The notes under the pieces were generated by a model. The model did not search any database, was not told where the DNA came from, and saw only the letters and a list, made by a program, of their open reading frames with translations. From Myripristis murdjan (Eukaryota), in contig NC_043996.1 of the NCBI RefSeq assembly GCF_902150065.1, forward strand, positions 24,860,745-24,924,744: a stretch of DNA of 64,000 nucleotides, given 5' to 3'. Of this stretch, positions 48,501 to 52,387 are shown in pieces. The position numbers and the translations under genes are program-made. Every line of letters starts with the position of its first letter. Positions within the stretch are counted from its first letter, which is position 1.

Positions 48501-50611
48501 CAATTGGACTTACACATGAAAAAATGTTGAATCTGGTTGTTTTTATACTCATCTCTACATCTGTATTCCATAATATCACTATACCACATCTCCCCATCAC
48601 GATAGCCAATACATTTTCTGTATAATCTGCATCCAAATCTGTAGGTTTGGGGATTTGATCTTGTGAATTTTGGCTGCAGACAGCTCTAGTTGTGTTACAT
48701 CAAAATCAGTTGACTTCTCCGGGCTCAGTTTGTTTACAGCACAGCTCATGTTGACAGATACAGGGTTCCTCGTTTCAACAGGGTTAGACTGAAACACTCT
48801 TTTGTGCACCAGTCGATCCGAAAGTTAAAAGGAGGAACCCAATCCCAGCATCATCCTCAGTGATTCTAATGTTATGTAAATGTATGCATTTTTCTTGTCT
48901 GATAATTCATATTTTGCTATGTGCTGTTACAAATGGTGCTGATGCACAAAAAAAATTCACCTCCAGCTATCAATAAAGTATTATCAATCAATCAATCAAT
49001 CATTCAATATCTATACCTGTGGATGTGCAGCATGAATCTTTTTTCTTTTCAATTTTTAATTAATGATAGGTTTGATTCCCATGATGCTACACCAGAGTCC
49101 CAGAAATAAAGGCTGCATTCTGAACAGCATTTTTCCCACCTTGAAAAAAATAAAAATGTCTAAAATAAGGACAAGTAGCGATTCATGGTCAGCACGGCAT
49201 TACTTTTACATTCCTGGTGTCCACAGAAAACAAAAACCAATAAATAAACCCTCACTGGACACATCCTGGATTTACTTTTTCACATATAAAACGCCCTGTG
49301 ACAAACAGATGCACGACACACACCTTGAGGAGAAACTGCGGGTCACTGGCACAGATGTCCTCGGCCAGGCTGGTGATCCTGGTCCAGACACTGTCCTCGG
49401 AGTCCCAGTCCTTCTGGCCTGGAGCGGTGCTCTTATTGACCAGGGAGCAGCACACCGCGTTCAGCAGCAGATACTGCAGGATGGTGACCAAGTGAAGAAT
49501 TTGTCAGTCAGAATCACCTTTTTCCACCAAGTATAATAAAAGCACAGGAATATGTCTTAGCAGCACTGGCACAGAGACACTCACAGCTTAAAAAGCGACA
49601 CAATAAAAGCTGATAATGGCTGCAAGGACAACATGACATCACATACAATTCTAAGAAAAAGAGGCTCTTTCTACCTCTCAGGATATCCATTGTAGCAAAC
49701 ACTCTTTACTACCTTTTTATCCTTCAGTTCCTCTTCAATGTCATCTTTTCCTGGCTCTACTTCAGCAAACTCATCCTGCCTGACTGGCACAGTTTGGTCA
49801 CGCTCCTGGTCGCTCAATTCTGTTTCCAGGACAGGTAGTTTGATAGTCAGGTCAGCCTCCTCCTGTGCCTGCTCAGCCACCATGCCGTCCTCCTCAGAAT
49901 GCTGTTAGAGCAAAAAAAAATGGAGCAGAAAACGGTAGCCATGCAACTTGGTGTGTCAGACATTCACAATAAATGTGTGTTTCCATTTAAAAATGAGTTT
50001 GTTCAATCCAAATTGTGAAAAGGAAGACAAAAACGGTCAAAGTAATAATCAAATACCACGCTTGTTTCTTCACCGCAGGACTGCATCGCCTCAGATGTTT
50101 CCTCTTCTCCTTCATCTCGTCCATCATCCTTTTTCTGCTCATCTCTCAGACCAGGAAATAGGGATGAGGAAGGGAGATGAGAGGAGTGGCAAAGCAGAGC
50201 GCTGTTGGCCAGGGTCGTGGAGAGAAAAGAGCTGTGGGGGGCAAAAGCAGGGGCAGCAGAGGAGGAAGAGGAGGAGGATGGAAAGAGGACGGGTGCATGT
50301 CTACTCAGGAGCCTGTTCTCGGTGCTAAGGAGGGGAGAGGTGAGTGACGGAGAGCAGGAAGAGGAAGAGGTGGAGAAAGGAAAGGTGGATGTGGTGGAGG
50401 ACAGGCTCGAAGGTTGGAGAGAGGGGCAGGAGGAGGGCTGCAGCTCCAGCGATGACAGATGAGAGCCGAGCCGGGGCATCAACAGCGAGGCCTGGGCCAG
50501 GAGCTTATTCTCCAGACTTGGAGGAACATAGTTGGACGAGAGGCTTCTCCCTGTTGTGGCCTGCTGCTGTCCAGCTGCTACGTCCACATGCAGCAAACTC
50601 AGCGCCTTCAT
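12730..50611 (-). CDS. tep1: Telomerase-associated protein 1 (TEP1) ortholog, complete coding region over at least 54 exons (ATG 50611..50609; stop TAA 12732..12730)
   Basis: Minus-strand exon translations align colinearly with vertebrate TEP1 as I recall it.
- N-terminus: SLENKLLAQASLL.
- TROVE: VAVYTRQELNIRITANFLLALAAH; KAVIQSRQFPFRFL; LPFMAMLRNL.
- vWA-like: NVPPLPGRTVVFLSTNLRADN.
- DUF4062: [56 protein letters not shown].
- NACHT Walker A: LVEGAPGEGKTVFM.
- More than 25 WD40 exons, e.g. LRGHSGGVTCLAFSPDGGQLLSGGKDQ and AHSGRISALRVTSSTIVSASYDRTVKLWD.
- C-terminus: ..GDGLGKLYFLSWKE*.
Exon phases chain without frameshift wherever adjacent exons were resolved. Confidence 0.93.
13941..13984. 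repeat. (AAAC/ACAAAC)n microsatellite in tep1 last intron
   Basis: aaacaaacaaacaaacaaacaaacaaacaaacaaaaaaac. Confidence 0.9.
14261..14365 (-). CDS. tep1: tep1 WD40 exon (AHSGRISALRVTSSTIVSASYDRTVKLWDRSTKKQ)
   Basis: Acceptor ggttcgcag| and donor |gtggag. 105 nt, phase 0. Matches human KIHSGSVTALHVLPELLVTASKDRDVKLWERPSMQ. Confidence 0.8.
14984..15066 (-). CDS. tep1: tep1 exon (..FVVCGDVKGNMWFNQPPELSSWSNRKP)
   Basis: Acceptor gttacag| and donor |gtaaga. Matches human ..TGNMWQKK.. region. Anchored via plus ORF 14835..15164. Confidence 0.6.
15603..15714 (-). CDS. tep1: tep1 exon (FSMGSKTGLHSGFSSVLLERDQPEGKGSLITAVTVDK)
   Basis: Anchored to ORF 15484..15708(-). Acceptor ctgtccag| and donor |gtacaa. 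Confidence 0.65.
16703..16802 (-). CDS. tep1: tep1 WD exon (WTHSVRILGMIRNDEKSMWLVGETEGTIHLGFT)
   Basis: Anchored to ORF 16640..16852(-). Acceptor ttcttgcag| and donor |gtgagtt. Confidence 0.65.
17326..17469 (-). CDS. tep1: tep1 WD exon (LVKVSTYTAQAPVMHLCYCSVLIGASDSGTIYDVTVNNENDWRHIIS)
   Basis: Anchored to ORF 17262..17549(-). Acceptor gtgcttgcag| and donor |gtacagc. Confidence 0.65.
18521..18546. repeat. (CATT)6 microsatellite
   Basis: cattcattcattcattcattcatt. Confidence 0.9.
19045..19166 (-). CDS. tep1: tep1 WD exon (GSDSAVTAICSMPDGQFAVSYRKPCIHVWKLQWNHQHSVA)
   Basis: Anchored to ORF 19041..19238(-). The acceptor ..tgtgtgtcag| is formed directly by a (TG)22 repeat. Donor |gtaaac. Confidence 0.7.
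19169..19212. repeat. (CA)22 microsatellite abutting a tep1 exon acceptor
   Basis: Perfect CA dinucleotide run. On the transcribed strand it is (TG)n running into the TCAG| acceptor of exon 19045..19166. Confidence 0.95.
19291..19421 (-). CDS. tep1: tep1 WD exon (NPPDTRGPVTALCFSQSDDLLLAGYESGLLEIWLHNRMVSLKQ)
   Basis: Acceptor tgtatgcag| and donor |gtaaatg. Anchored via plus ORF 19246..19488. Confidence 0.7.
19875..20001 (-). CDS. tep1: tep1 WD exon (VEHFSTFQGHSGGINGVVLKEGIPEFLSISEDCSLRCYLWAI)
   Basis: Anchored to ORF 19813..20037(-). Acceptor tctgtgcag| and donor |gtaaaag. Matches human CQTHTLLGHSGPVRAAAVSETSGLMLTASEDGSVRLWQV. Confidence 0.7.
20190..20275 (-). CDS. tep1: tep1 WD exon (KNKEVVAEDMIVATTSDDGTVKLWRPFQ)
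   Basis: Acceptor tttatttcaag| and donor |gtatttg. Anchored via plus ORF 20095..20280. Confidence 0.65.
20359..20488 (-). CDS. tep1: tep1 WD exon (GRYVVAGCAEGVLHVWKWETGVEISHISAHQQRINHCSVLPDA)
   Basis: Acceptor tgtgtgcag| and donor |gtaaacc. Anchored via plus ORF 20315..20563. Confidence 0.7.
21395..21787 (+). CDS. Candidate nested opposite-strand coding exon inside a tep1 intron (ADCEAVASECGSEFEQQAAPTPVEPDCLDVTLTTAADNVVVRVKEAAKQTVREEV..DKLINEDVGTRNKDGPPQM)
   Basis: Open frame of 131 codons begins exactly at the acceptor ttgttttccag| and ends at the donor |gtaaagc. Anchored to ORF 21482..21952(+). No ATG exon found and no homolog recognised. Confidence 0.3.
21904..22042 (+). CDS. Candidate nested opposite-strand coding exon 2 (AHSEAAESAVQSDEDVTVPDCVTARLLAAKKAESKCGETNPCGANS)
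   Basis: Acceptor atttgctttccag| and donor |gtcagtg. In phase with exon 21395..21787. The acceptor context duplicates that of the first exon. Confidence 0.3.
23321..23425 (-). CDS. tep1: tep1 WD exon (VSSSNDGRLCVWDLQTGRSLSEIPWRSPLSSICCL)
   Basis: Anchored to ORF 23234..23461(-). Acceptor ctgtccag| and donor |gtgaga. Confidence 0.7.
23587..23691 (-). CDS. tep1: tep1 WD exon (ALMVWDVSSSPPALSKSLPHSHRDWITGCVWTPDC)
   Basis: Anchored to ORF 23470..23706(-). Matches human LLCWDVRTPKTPVLIHSFPACHRDWVTGCAWTKD. The donor is GTGGTG (weak). Confidence 0.6.
24351..24388. repeat. (TG)n microsatellite
   Basis: ttgtgtgtgtgtgtgtgtgtgtgtgtgtgtgtgtgtac. Confidence 0.9.
24645..24675. repeat. (CA)n microsatellite just downstream (transcript sense) of the tep1 exon 24683..24840 donor
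   Basis: gcacacacacacacacacacacacacactt. Confidence 0.9.
24683..24840 (-). CDS. tep1: tep1 WD exon (DFTIALWSVEELTPDPWVDPTVVSMLRGHSGGVTCLAFSPDGGQLLSGGKDQ)
   Basis: Anchored to ORF 24479..24814(-). Acceptor gcttcag| and donor |gtagct. Matches human EDFTVQLW..LRGHEGPVSCCSFSTDGGSLATGGRDRS. Confidence 0.8.
24981..25229 (-). CDS. tep1: tep1 WD exon (ETTWATEDLRVSVLCLMWLTVEQEQAGPELLVSGGGDKNLRVWRR..ALAQNSSYLASAS)
   Basis: Anchored to ORF 24961..25278(-). Acceptor tgattgtag| and donor |gtaagtc. Confidence 0.7.
25879..26014 (-). CDS. tep1: tep1 WD exon (YDQEPPQKKLKSTASEPAALCVAGNGEYYAVGYHGDGIKLLNFES)
   Basis: Anchored to ORF 25733..25951(-). Acceptor tcctttag|. The donor GTGTGT.. is the first unit of a (GT)n microsatellite. 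Confidence 0.65.
26599..26811 (-). CDS. tep1: tep1 WD exon (TLTGHEGSVRSLSFSPSSSMLCSGSLSGEVRVWSVPTSTCVGRFQAHTGATEVLTFLEEGSILLSAGADHM)
   Basis: Anchored to ORF 26515..26754(-). Acceptor ttctcctctctcccccag| and donor |gtgaga. Classic LxGHxxxVxxxxFSP WD repeat. Confidence 0.75.
27627..27782 (-). CDS. tep1: tep1 WD exon (VWSSAKNHEVATMPSSSPMNCVTFDPEGHLLAAGCWNGDVMVWNWLQNKMLT)
   Basis: Anchored to ORF 27585..28013(-). Acceptor ctgtccag| and donor |gtgagtt. Confidence 0.75.
27942..28041 (-). CDS. tep1: tep1 WD exon (TALIDGHSNMITGSDVSADRKHLATVSLDFMLK)
   Basis: Anchored to ORF 27585..28013(-). Acceptor tttgcag| and donor |gtcagt. Confidence 0.7.
28188..28315 (-). CDS. tep1: tep1 WD exon (QEVRSLVSNCDGISNCLFLSDVLLATTSFDGRIETWDIENGC)
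   Basis: Matches human SVVSGCDGISACLFLSDDTLFLTAFDGLLELWDLQHGC. Donor |gtgaga. Acceptor choice is ambiguous by 3 nt. Anchored via plus ORF 28203..28490. Confidence 0.6.
28685..28805 (-). CDS. tep1: tep1 WD exon (ELVSTFSSEPTCVAASPDGGLMVVGTGQGTLHFIHTKTGQ)
   Basis: Anchored to ORF 28565..28819(-). Acceptor ccacccag| and donor |gtacga. Confidence 0.7.
29003..29202 (-). CDS. tep1: tep1 exon (KDLQECWGFLRRHAILLSSWPALFIQQALSEAPHTSAHTWAQGLKGHGGARVVQWLNNDTQNLLRG)
   Basis: Anchored to ORF 28999..29316(-). Matches human KEEQKLPEADVAVFRTFLRQQASILSQYPRLLPQQAANQP..RWHLQHTLRWLN. Donor |gtgagc. Confidence 0.65.
29867..29980 (-). CDS. tep1: tep1 exon (MGSDQLEALYSLLSSYYFLYANVRHGLLHHILEIYSLY)
   Basis: Anchored to ORF 29678..29980(-). 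Acceptor ggctttggttag| and donor |gtgagtt. Confidence 0.7.
30587..30675 (-). CDS. tep1: tep1 exon (HLWALADPQGADTFLHCEASSIMHLPSHL)
   Basis: Acceptor ctccacag| and donor |gtcagt. Anchored via plus ORF 30477..30674. Matches human LWKTCDADASGTFRSCPPEALGDLPYHL. Confidence 0.65.
30786..30919 (-). CDS. tep1: tep1 exon (LVGPSHSHGPDDLLALTHPEVRRAFEEFLLPAERDRTRAHLVLS)
   Basis: Anchored to ORF 30538..30858(-). Acceptor atttgcag| and donor |gtaaag. Confidence 0.7.
31449..31608 (-). CDS. tep1: tep1 exon (LRERDLYGMLNICNELFSRSEQVTWEEVLHLSRKPRGRVPMATFTHIVQSLQR)
   Basis: Anchored to ORF 31388..31582(-). Acceptor ctcacag| and donor |gtgtgtgt. Matches human LHGVLSVWRTLPKGTKSWEEAVAAG..PMGPFACLVQSLRS. Confidence 0.7.
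31766..31901 (-). CDS. tep1: tep1 exon (LKESIQSLPQSLTQLVQYSLDRLCSQYRGVVGLRSALAALTVSAA)
   Basis: Acceptor gtgtatcag| and donor |gtaagac. Matches human VSERLRTLPATVPLLLQHILSTLEKEHGPDVLPQALTALEVTRSG. Unanchored (+/-2). Confidence 0.65.
32945..33037 (-). CDS. tep1: tep1 NACHT-region exon (LQTLMMKKGAVSPLYLHLACDDLRKFASFDK)
   Basis: Anchored to ORF 32879..33082(-). Acceptor cgtccag| and donor |gtctgt. Confidence 0.7.
33713..33892 (-). CDS. tep1: tep1 NACHT-region exon (GVCLAVSVKSSSALLQTLSKKRGAVLFALGQLSVPDRKEIVQKQLDAFGKKLSDSAFNNQ)
   Basis: Anchored to ORF 33674..33925(-). Acceptor cttgtcag| and donor |gttcct. Matches human CVHLVLSVSSDAGLGETLEQSQGAHVLALGPLEASARARLVREELALYGKRLEESPFNNQ. Confidence 0.8.
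34147..34288 (-). CDS. tep1: tep1 NACHT exon (DLLAEFHTKLSDIKKDQPLVLLVDGAELVRDGRGQLNSDWIPQQLPQ)
   Basis: Acceptor tttttcag| and donor |gtcagt. Walker-B-like LLVDGAE. Matches human VLIIDGADRLVDQNGQLISDWIPKKLPR. Unanchored (+/-2). Confidence 0.7.
34380..34567 (-). CDS. tep1: tep1 NACHT exon (AALANALRMGDKSKRKLGCDVISYSTAASQSARSVENLLRCLVHWLRRRKDTEEEPPLPLSY)
   Basis: Anchored to ORF 34376..34639(-). Acceptor cctttgcag| and donor |gtaatgc. Confidence 0.75.
35118..35309 (-). CDS. tep1: tep1 NACHT P-loop exon (QDGDDAEAASDVSEQEVHQGAQQRQFYGRAKLLAAAVEKVQDVQGKGGLMLVEGAPGEGKTVFM)
   Basis: Anchored to ORF 35049..35345(-). Walker A motif GAPGEGKT. Acceptor ttctccgatcag| and donor |gtaaaaat. Confidence 0.85.
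35564..35681 (-). CDS. tep1: tep1 exon ([39 protein letters not shown])
   Basis: Matches human [39 protein letters not shown]. Anchored via plus ORF 35519..35731. Donor GTTAGT. Confidence 0.7.
36213..36326 (-). CDS. tep1: tep1 exon (SVPVAWRSDFAPESKEAEAKMADLKKRIRVSDVKVTE)
   Basis: Acceptor ctgtctcag| and donor |gtgagtac. Matches human [28 protein letters not shown]. Unanchored (+/-2). Confidence 0.65.
36454..36575 (-). CDS. tep1: tep1 DUF4062-region exon (LDSAPDGLSITEMEMRQFQALFPDSAHQRMFCYFRDPNLI)
   Basis: Anchored to ORF 36354..36581(-). Acceptor tttctgtgcag| and donor |gtacgc. Matches human [38 protein letters not shown]. Confidence 0.7.
36715..36744. repeat. poly(A) tract (about 30 nt) in a tep1 intron
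   Basis: Homopolymer run. Confidence 0.9.
37568..37859 (-). CDS. tep1: tep1 DUF4062 exon ([97 protein letters not shown])
   Basis: Anchored to ORFs 37538..37816(-) and 37665..37889(-). Acceptor ccctcag| and donor |gtgagac. Near-identical to human [57 protein letters not shown]. Confidence 0.88.
38309..38452 (-). CDS. tep1: tep1 exon (FVAERGSSRLLDHVEHLDKLHNIPPPQGANKPQTTTTITPIPASPSL)
   Basis: Anchored to ORF 38305..38505(-). Acceptor gtgttcag| and donor |gtaacc. Matches human FIAEHGASHLLEHVGQMDKIFKIPPPPGKTG. Confidence 0.75.
38640..38695 (-). CDS. tep1: tep1 exon (SAKDRNHVTLSGFSEQML)
   Basis: Anchored to ORF 38636..38839(-). Donor |gtaaaat. Acceptor is ambiguous among 3 adjacent AGs. Matches human PNDVTLSGCTDAILK. 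A small upstream exon may be missing. Confidence 0.5.
39481..39579 (-). CDS. tep1: tep1 vWA-like exon (VDNIIVLTDNWIHPEIQWAINNYRKNVNDKALL)
   Basis: Acceptor ctactcag| and donor |gtggaaa. Anchored via plus ORF 39529..39723. Matches human VDRVILLGQSMDDGMINVAKQLYWQRVNSKCLF. Confidence 0.65.
40209..40283 (-). CDS. tep1: tep1 exon (ERQSSYGSGEQRSSFISQVLTKKNK)
   Basis: Acceptor tttcacag| and donor |gtgcat. Positionally matches human VQEFDENDGWSLNTFGKYLLSLAGQR, but similarity is weak. Unanchored. Confidence 0.5.
40925..41077 (-). CDS. tep1: tep1 vWA-like exon (MTEVAVLLSLMIGYSAEDFKLCLADWNHSEEAKLKSDVLLENVRSIIKQIQ)
   Basis: Anchored to ORF 40856..41125(-). Acceptor cctttcag| and donor |gtacat. Confidence 0.7.
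41866..42163 (-). CDS. tep1: tep1 vWA-like exon with acidic insertion (QRQFTVALLDRYRKALEAAVQISCRYNVPPLPGRTVVFLSTNLRADNAWGQKHDFCCPPDPEDEKKEGEEEEEEEEEGGEEGKRKTKKKGDKDDSLTPS)
   Basis: Anchored to ORF 41827..42216(-). Acceptor (tg)n..gttccag| and donor |gtaagga. The N-terminal half matches human RQWKYDGEMLNRYRQALETAVNLSVKHSLPLLPGRTVLVYLTDANADR. The poly-E tail has no human counterpart. Confidence 0.7.
42169..42222. repeat. (CA)26 microsatellite in the polypyrimidine-tract position of the tep1 exon 41866..42163 acceptor
   Basis: Perfect CA run starting 6 nt from the acceptor (42164..42165). Confidence 0.95.
42988..43180 (-). CDS. tep1: tep1 TROVE exon (MSSQKALPPSKEILKGILKKIPQSRRYKRLDWETAQRKRMRVALGVPFVYRMYTLKRAQLQKA)
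   Basis: Anchored to ORF 42915..43178(-). Acceptor cttcctccag| and donor |gtttgta. Confidence 0.75.
43577..43622. repeat. (TG)22 microsatellite 9 nt downstream (transcript sense) of the tep1 exon 43631..43709 donor
   Basis: Perfect TG run. Confidence 0.95.
43631..43709 (-). CDS. tep1: tep1 TROVE exon (KAVIQSRQFPFRFLAAYKVMMELHRI)
   Basis: Anchored to ORF 43560..43760(-). Matches human KSVIHSRQFPFRFLNAHDAIDALEAQL. Acceptor ggttgcag| and donor |gtgagct. Confidence 0.8.
44039..44148 (-). CDS. tep1: tep1 TROVE exon (DRSLPFMAMLRNLRNMITQGISENHHKKILSRLMSK)
   Basis: Matches human NGKLPFMAMLRNLCNLLRVGISSRHHELILQRLQ. Acceptor ccgtgcag| and donor |gtgagat. Anchored via plus ORF 43976..44161. Confidence 0.8.
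44870..45027 (-). CDS. tep1: tep1 TROVE exon (YPADVKAFTHSGLSGVWDRERAGRRMKLKQPETWEHLLSQQGNKAATWEKLI)
   Basis: Anchored to ORF 44712..45056(-). Matches human ..KLPEPRTWERELSLRGNKASVWEELIE. Acceptor tgtcccag| and donor |gtgtgtt. Confidence 0.78.
45538..45596. repeat. (GT)n/(GAGT)n compound microsatellite
   Basis: gtgtgtgt..gtgagtgtgtgagagtgtgtgtgt. Confidence 0.9.
45602..45726 (-). CDS. tep1: tep1 TROVE exon (LRVEGSPAVVDKKQSEFSMKKMIKKLHIKEPAEHVMAILGR)
   Basis: Anchored to ORF 45598..45783(-). Acceptor tgtttgcag| and donor |gtaagac. Phase links correctly to exon 44870..45027. Confidence 0.6.
46419..46493 (-). CDS. tep1: tep1 candidate TROVE exon (KPTDKQLKEWADMVRSDATILKKF)
   Basis: Anchored to ORF 46404..46589(-). 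Acceptor cccccag| and donor |gtgagtc. Phase 0. Confidence 0.4.
46759..46896 (-). CDS. tep1: tep1 candidate TROVE exon (CFSRCLPACLKKAMADKFKQFSEYQLAKYNTRKHRCKHNRNRPKGK)
   Basis: Anchored to ORF 46678..47103(-). Acceptor tgttctcag| and donor |gtaccg. Phase 0. Confidence 0.45.
48156..48320 (-). CDS. tep1: tep1 TROVE exon (VAVYTRQELNIRITANFLLALAAHQSPTKPHVRRYFCAAVQLPSDWLEVARIYST)
   Basis: This is the top of the 303-aa ORF 47409..48320(-). Acceptor ctgttcag| and donor |gtaagtc. The rest of that ORF is intron read-through. Confidence 0.7.
49324..49473 (-). CDS. tep1: tep1 exon (YLLLNAVCCSLVNKSTAPGQKDWDSEDSVWTRITSLAEDICASDPQFLLK)
   Basis: Anchored to ORF 49252..49491(-). Acceptor catcctgcag| and donor |gtgtgt. 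Phase 0. Confidence 0.55.
49713..49901 (-). CDS. tep1: tep1 N-terminal exon (HSEEDGMVAEQAQEEADLTIKLPVLETELSDQERDQTVPVRQDEFAEVEPGKDDIEEELKDKK)
   Basis: Anchored to ORF 49671..49883(-). Acceptor ttgctctaacag| and donor |gtagta. 189 nt, phase 0. Confidence 0.55.
50057..50611 (-). CDS. tep1: tep1 first coding exon (MKALSLLHVDVAAGQQQATTGRSLSSNYVPPSLENKLLAQASLLMPRLG..S-rich..DEGEEETSEAMQSCGEETSV)
   Basis: ATG at 50611, with an in-frame TGA 2 codons upstream. Motif SLENKLLAQASLL matches the human N-terminal repeat SLENRCLAMLPDL. The phase-0 donor at 50057 is the weak GTATTT. A stronger GTGAAG donor at 50073 would break the frame. The exon end is therefore uncertain. Confidence 0.6.
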
Positions 50612-51010
50612 GCCTGTTCAGAAAGACATCTGTCAGCATGAAAGCCCACTAACAAAGGTGAGCTGCTCCTCTAATCTCAAATAAACACAAAACACAATTA
50701 CACCACCCTTGACAGTACCAACTAATGAGATAAGCTGTTCAGCAGCATTCCTGCAACTGTGTGAGCAGGCACCATACTGCTGTAGGTGAGGTGTGTCGTT
50801 CACATGCAGGTCAGTTTTATGACAAAGGCATCAATAAAAACAGGACAAAGTTTACAAAGAGCCAGCCTCCCACAAGAATGGATGAACTGTCACTCAGTAC
50901 AAACAACAGCATAATGCAAAAGTAACATGGATAAAATTTTTGCATTGCTTGCGATTCTGCAAGTATTGCAATTTGATATTATTACACTGTGCGATTTTGG
51001 ATAACCTTAA

Positions 51011-51043
51011 ACACACACACACACACACACACATACACACACT
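51011..51043. repeat. (CA)n microsatellite upstream of tep1
   Basis: acacacacacacacacacacacatacacacac. Confidence 0.9.
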
Positions 51044-51639
51044 GGACTATGGAAACCTGCTGAATCATACTGCCAAAGACCCATTATCATGAGCTTGCCA
51101 GTCAAATTTACTTTTGAGCTTTTATCACTTTTCGGTGATCAGTTTTTTCTTTATTTCAGTCTCCATGCCCTGGATTCACAAGGCATCTGATAAGGGCAAA
51201 TATCAAAGCATACAAAACAAAAACAAACAGATGAGACCACATAGCTAAGCAAAATACATGTATAAATAATACAGAGATTTGAAGCGCATATACAAAAACA
51301 CAAGTGGTTTCCTCTTATTATTATACCCCTAATAACAGCATAATGCAAAGGTAACATGGATAAAATTATGCATGAATATGGAACTATCTTAAAATGACAT
51401 TATTTTAAGTAGGGCAACTGTATTTTATGGATTTCAGTCCACTGCTTACACTTTAGGGGAAAACATTTGAGCTGTAATATGAAGACAGTAGCTCAGTTTG
51501 GCTGCAAACAGATAACTATTACATACTATAATTTGAGTTGAGGCAAGCTGGTACCTGATGTAGTTCCTTGTTACGACTATGACTCAGAGTTTGAATAGGC
51601 GTGGTAGTTAGTTAGCCGAGCCAGAAACGAATAAACTTA

Positions 51640-51760
51640 CCGGAAACCTCAATTTAACGTCGGTGGGCAGAGTGACTCTGTCCCCCCGTGTCCTCCTGTG
51701 TATACTGTCAGATATGTCCCTAATGTGGTGTAAGCGTCTATTTTTAATCTCAGGCGGTGT
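51640..51760 (-). other. tep1: Putative tep1 non-coding 5' exon
   Basis: Minus-strand donor ggtttccg|gtaagtttattcg near 51640. A CCAAT box on the minus strand (ctgaCCAATcagcag, from plus ctgctgattggtcag near 51820) lies upstream. The TSS is not determined. Confidence 0.3.
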
Positions 51761-52387
51761 GTCTCCTGATTTACAGTAAATTTCCTCATTCAGACACACT
51801 GCTGGACAGGCCACTGCTGATTGGTCAGTTTTATTGTGTACCTTTTTACCGTAACACAACAACTATCGGCGACTGCCTTCAAATAATCTCAAATTTAACT
51901 ATAATAAAACCGAGACTGCTAAAGATGCAACCGGCTGAAAATTATAACGAACCAAAACGTGCAAAATAATAACACGTGTGTGCATATTTGTTGCGTGATG
52001 TGTGGGGATCCAGGTGTTTATGGGGCGTGCGGATTCTACCGTAATAACGGTTTTGTGGCGCATAAGAGGAAGCGAAAGCACTCCATTTCCGCTGCAGTAG
52101 AGAGAACGGGAACGTCAAAGAAAGAAAAATGTGTGGCGAAAGGACATATTGAGGCCGGGGAAGGAACGCTGAACTACAGACATCGTCTTTCCACAGCTTG
52201 GTAGATCGATATTGTTTGTTACTTGGACGTCTCGATCGAGTGTTTAGCGAATATAGCGGTTGTTTCGTGGTGAACAGGCGTAGTTGAGACTCGTCCCCTT
52301 GTTCTGCGGTTCGCTTTGAGGAAGCAGGTCCGCTAGCCAGCTGCGGTAGCTAGCTCGCTAGCTGTTTAACGGCTCCCACCAACCGAG
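51640..52387. promoter_or_regulatory. Putative bidirectional CpG-rich promoter shared by tep1 (minus) and the znrf-family gene (plus)
   Basis: The two start codons lie head-to-head about 1.8 kb apart (50611 and 52388). CpG density rises from 51960 to 52900, with a CCAAT box near 51820 and ETS-like GGAAG motifs near 52065. No TATA box is evident. Confidence 0.45.

Noticed and set aside
49063-49536. 157-aa plus-strand ORF
   Set aside because: It is antisense to the tep1 exon 49324..49473 plus flanking intron. It has no splice-site support and no recognisable product.
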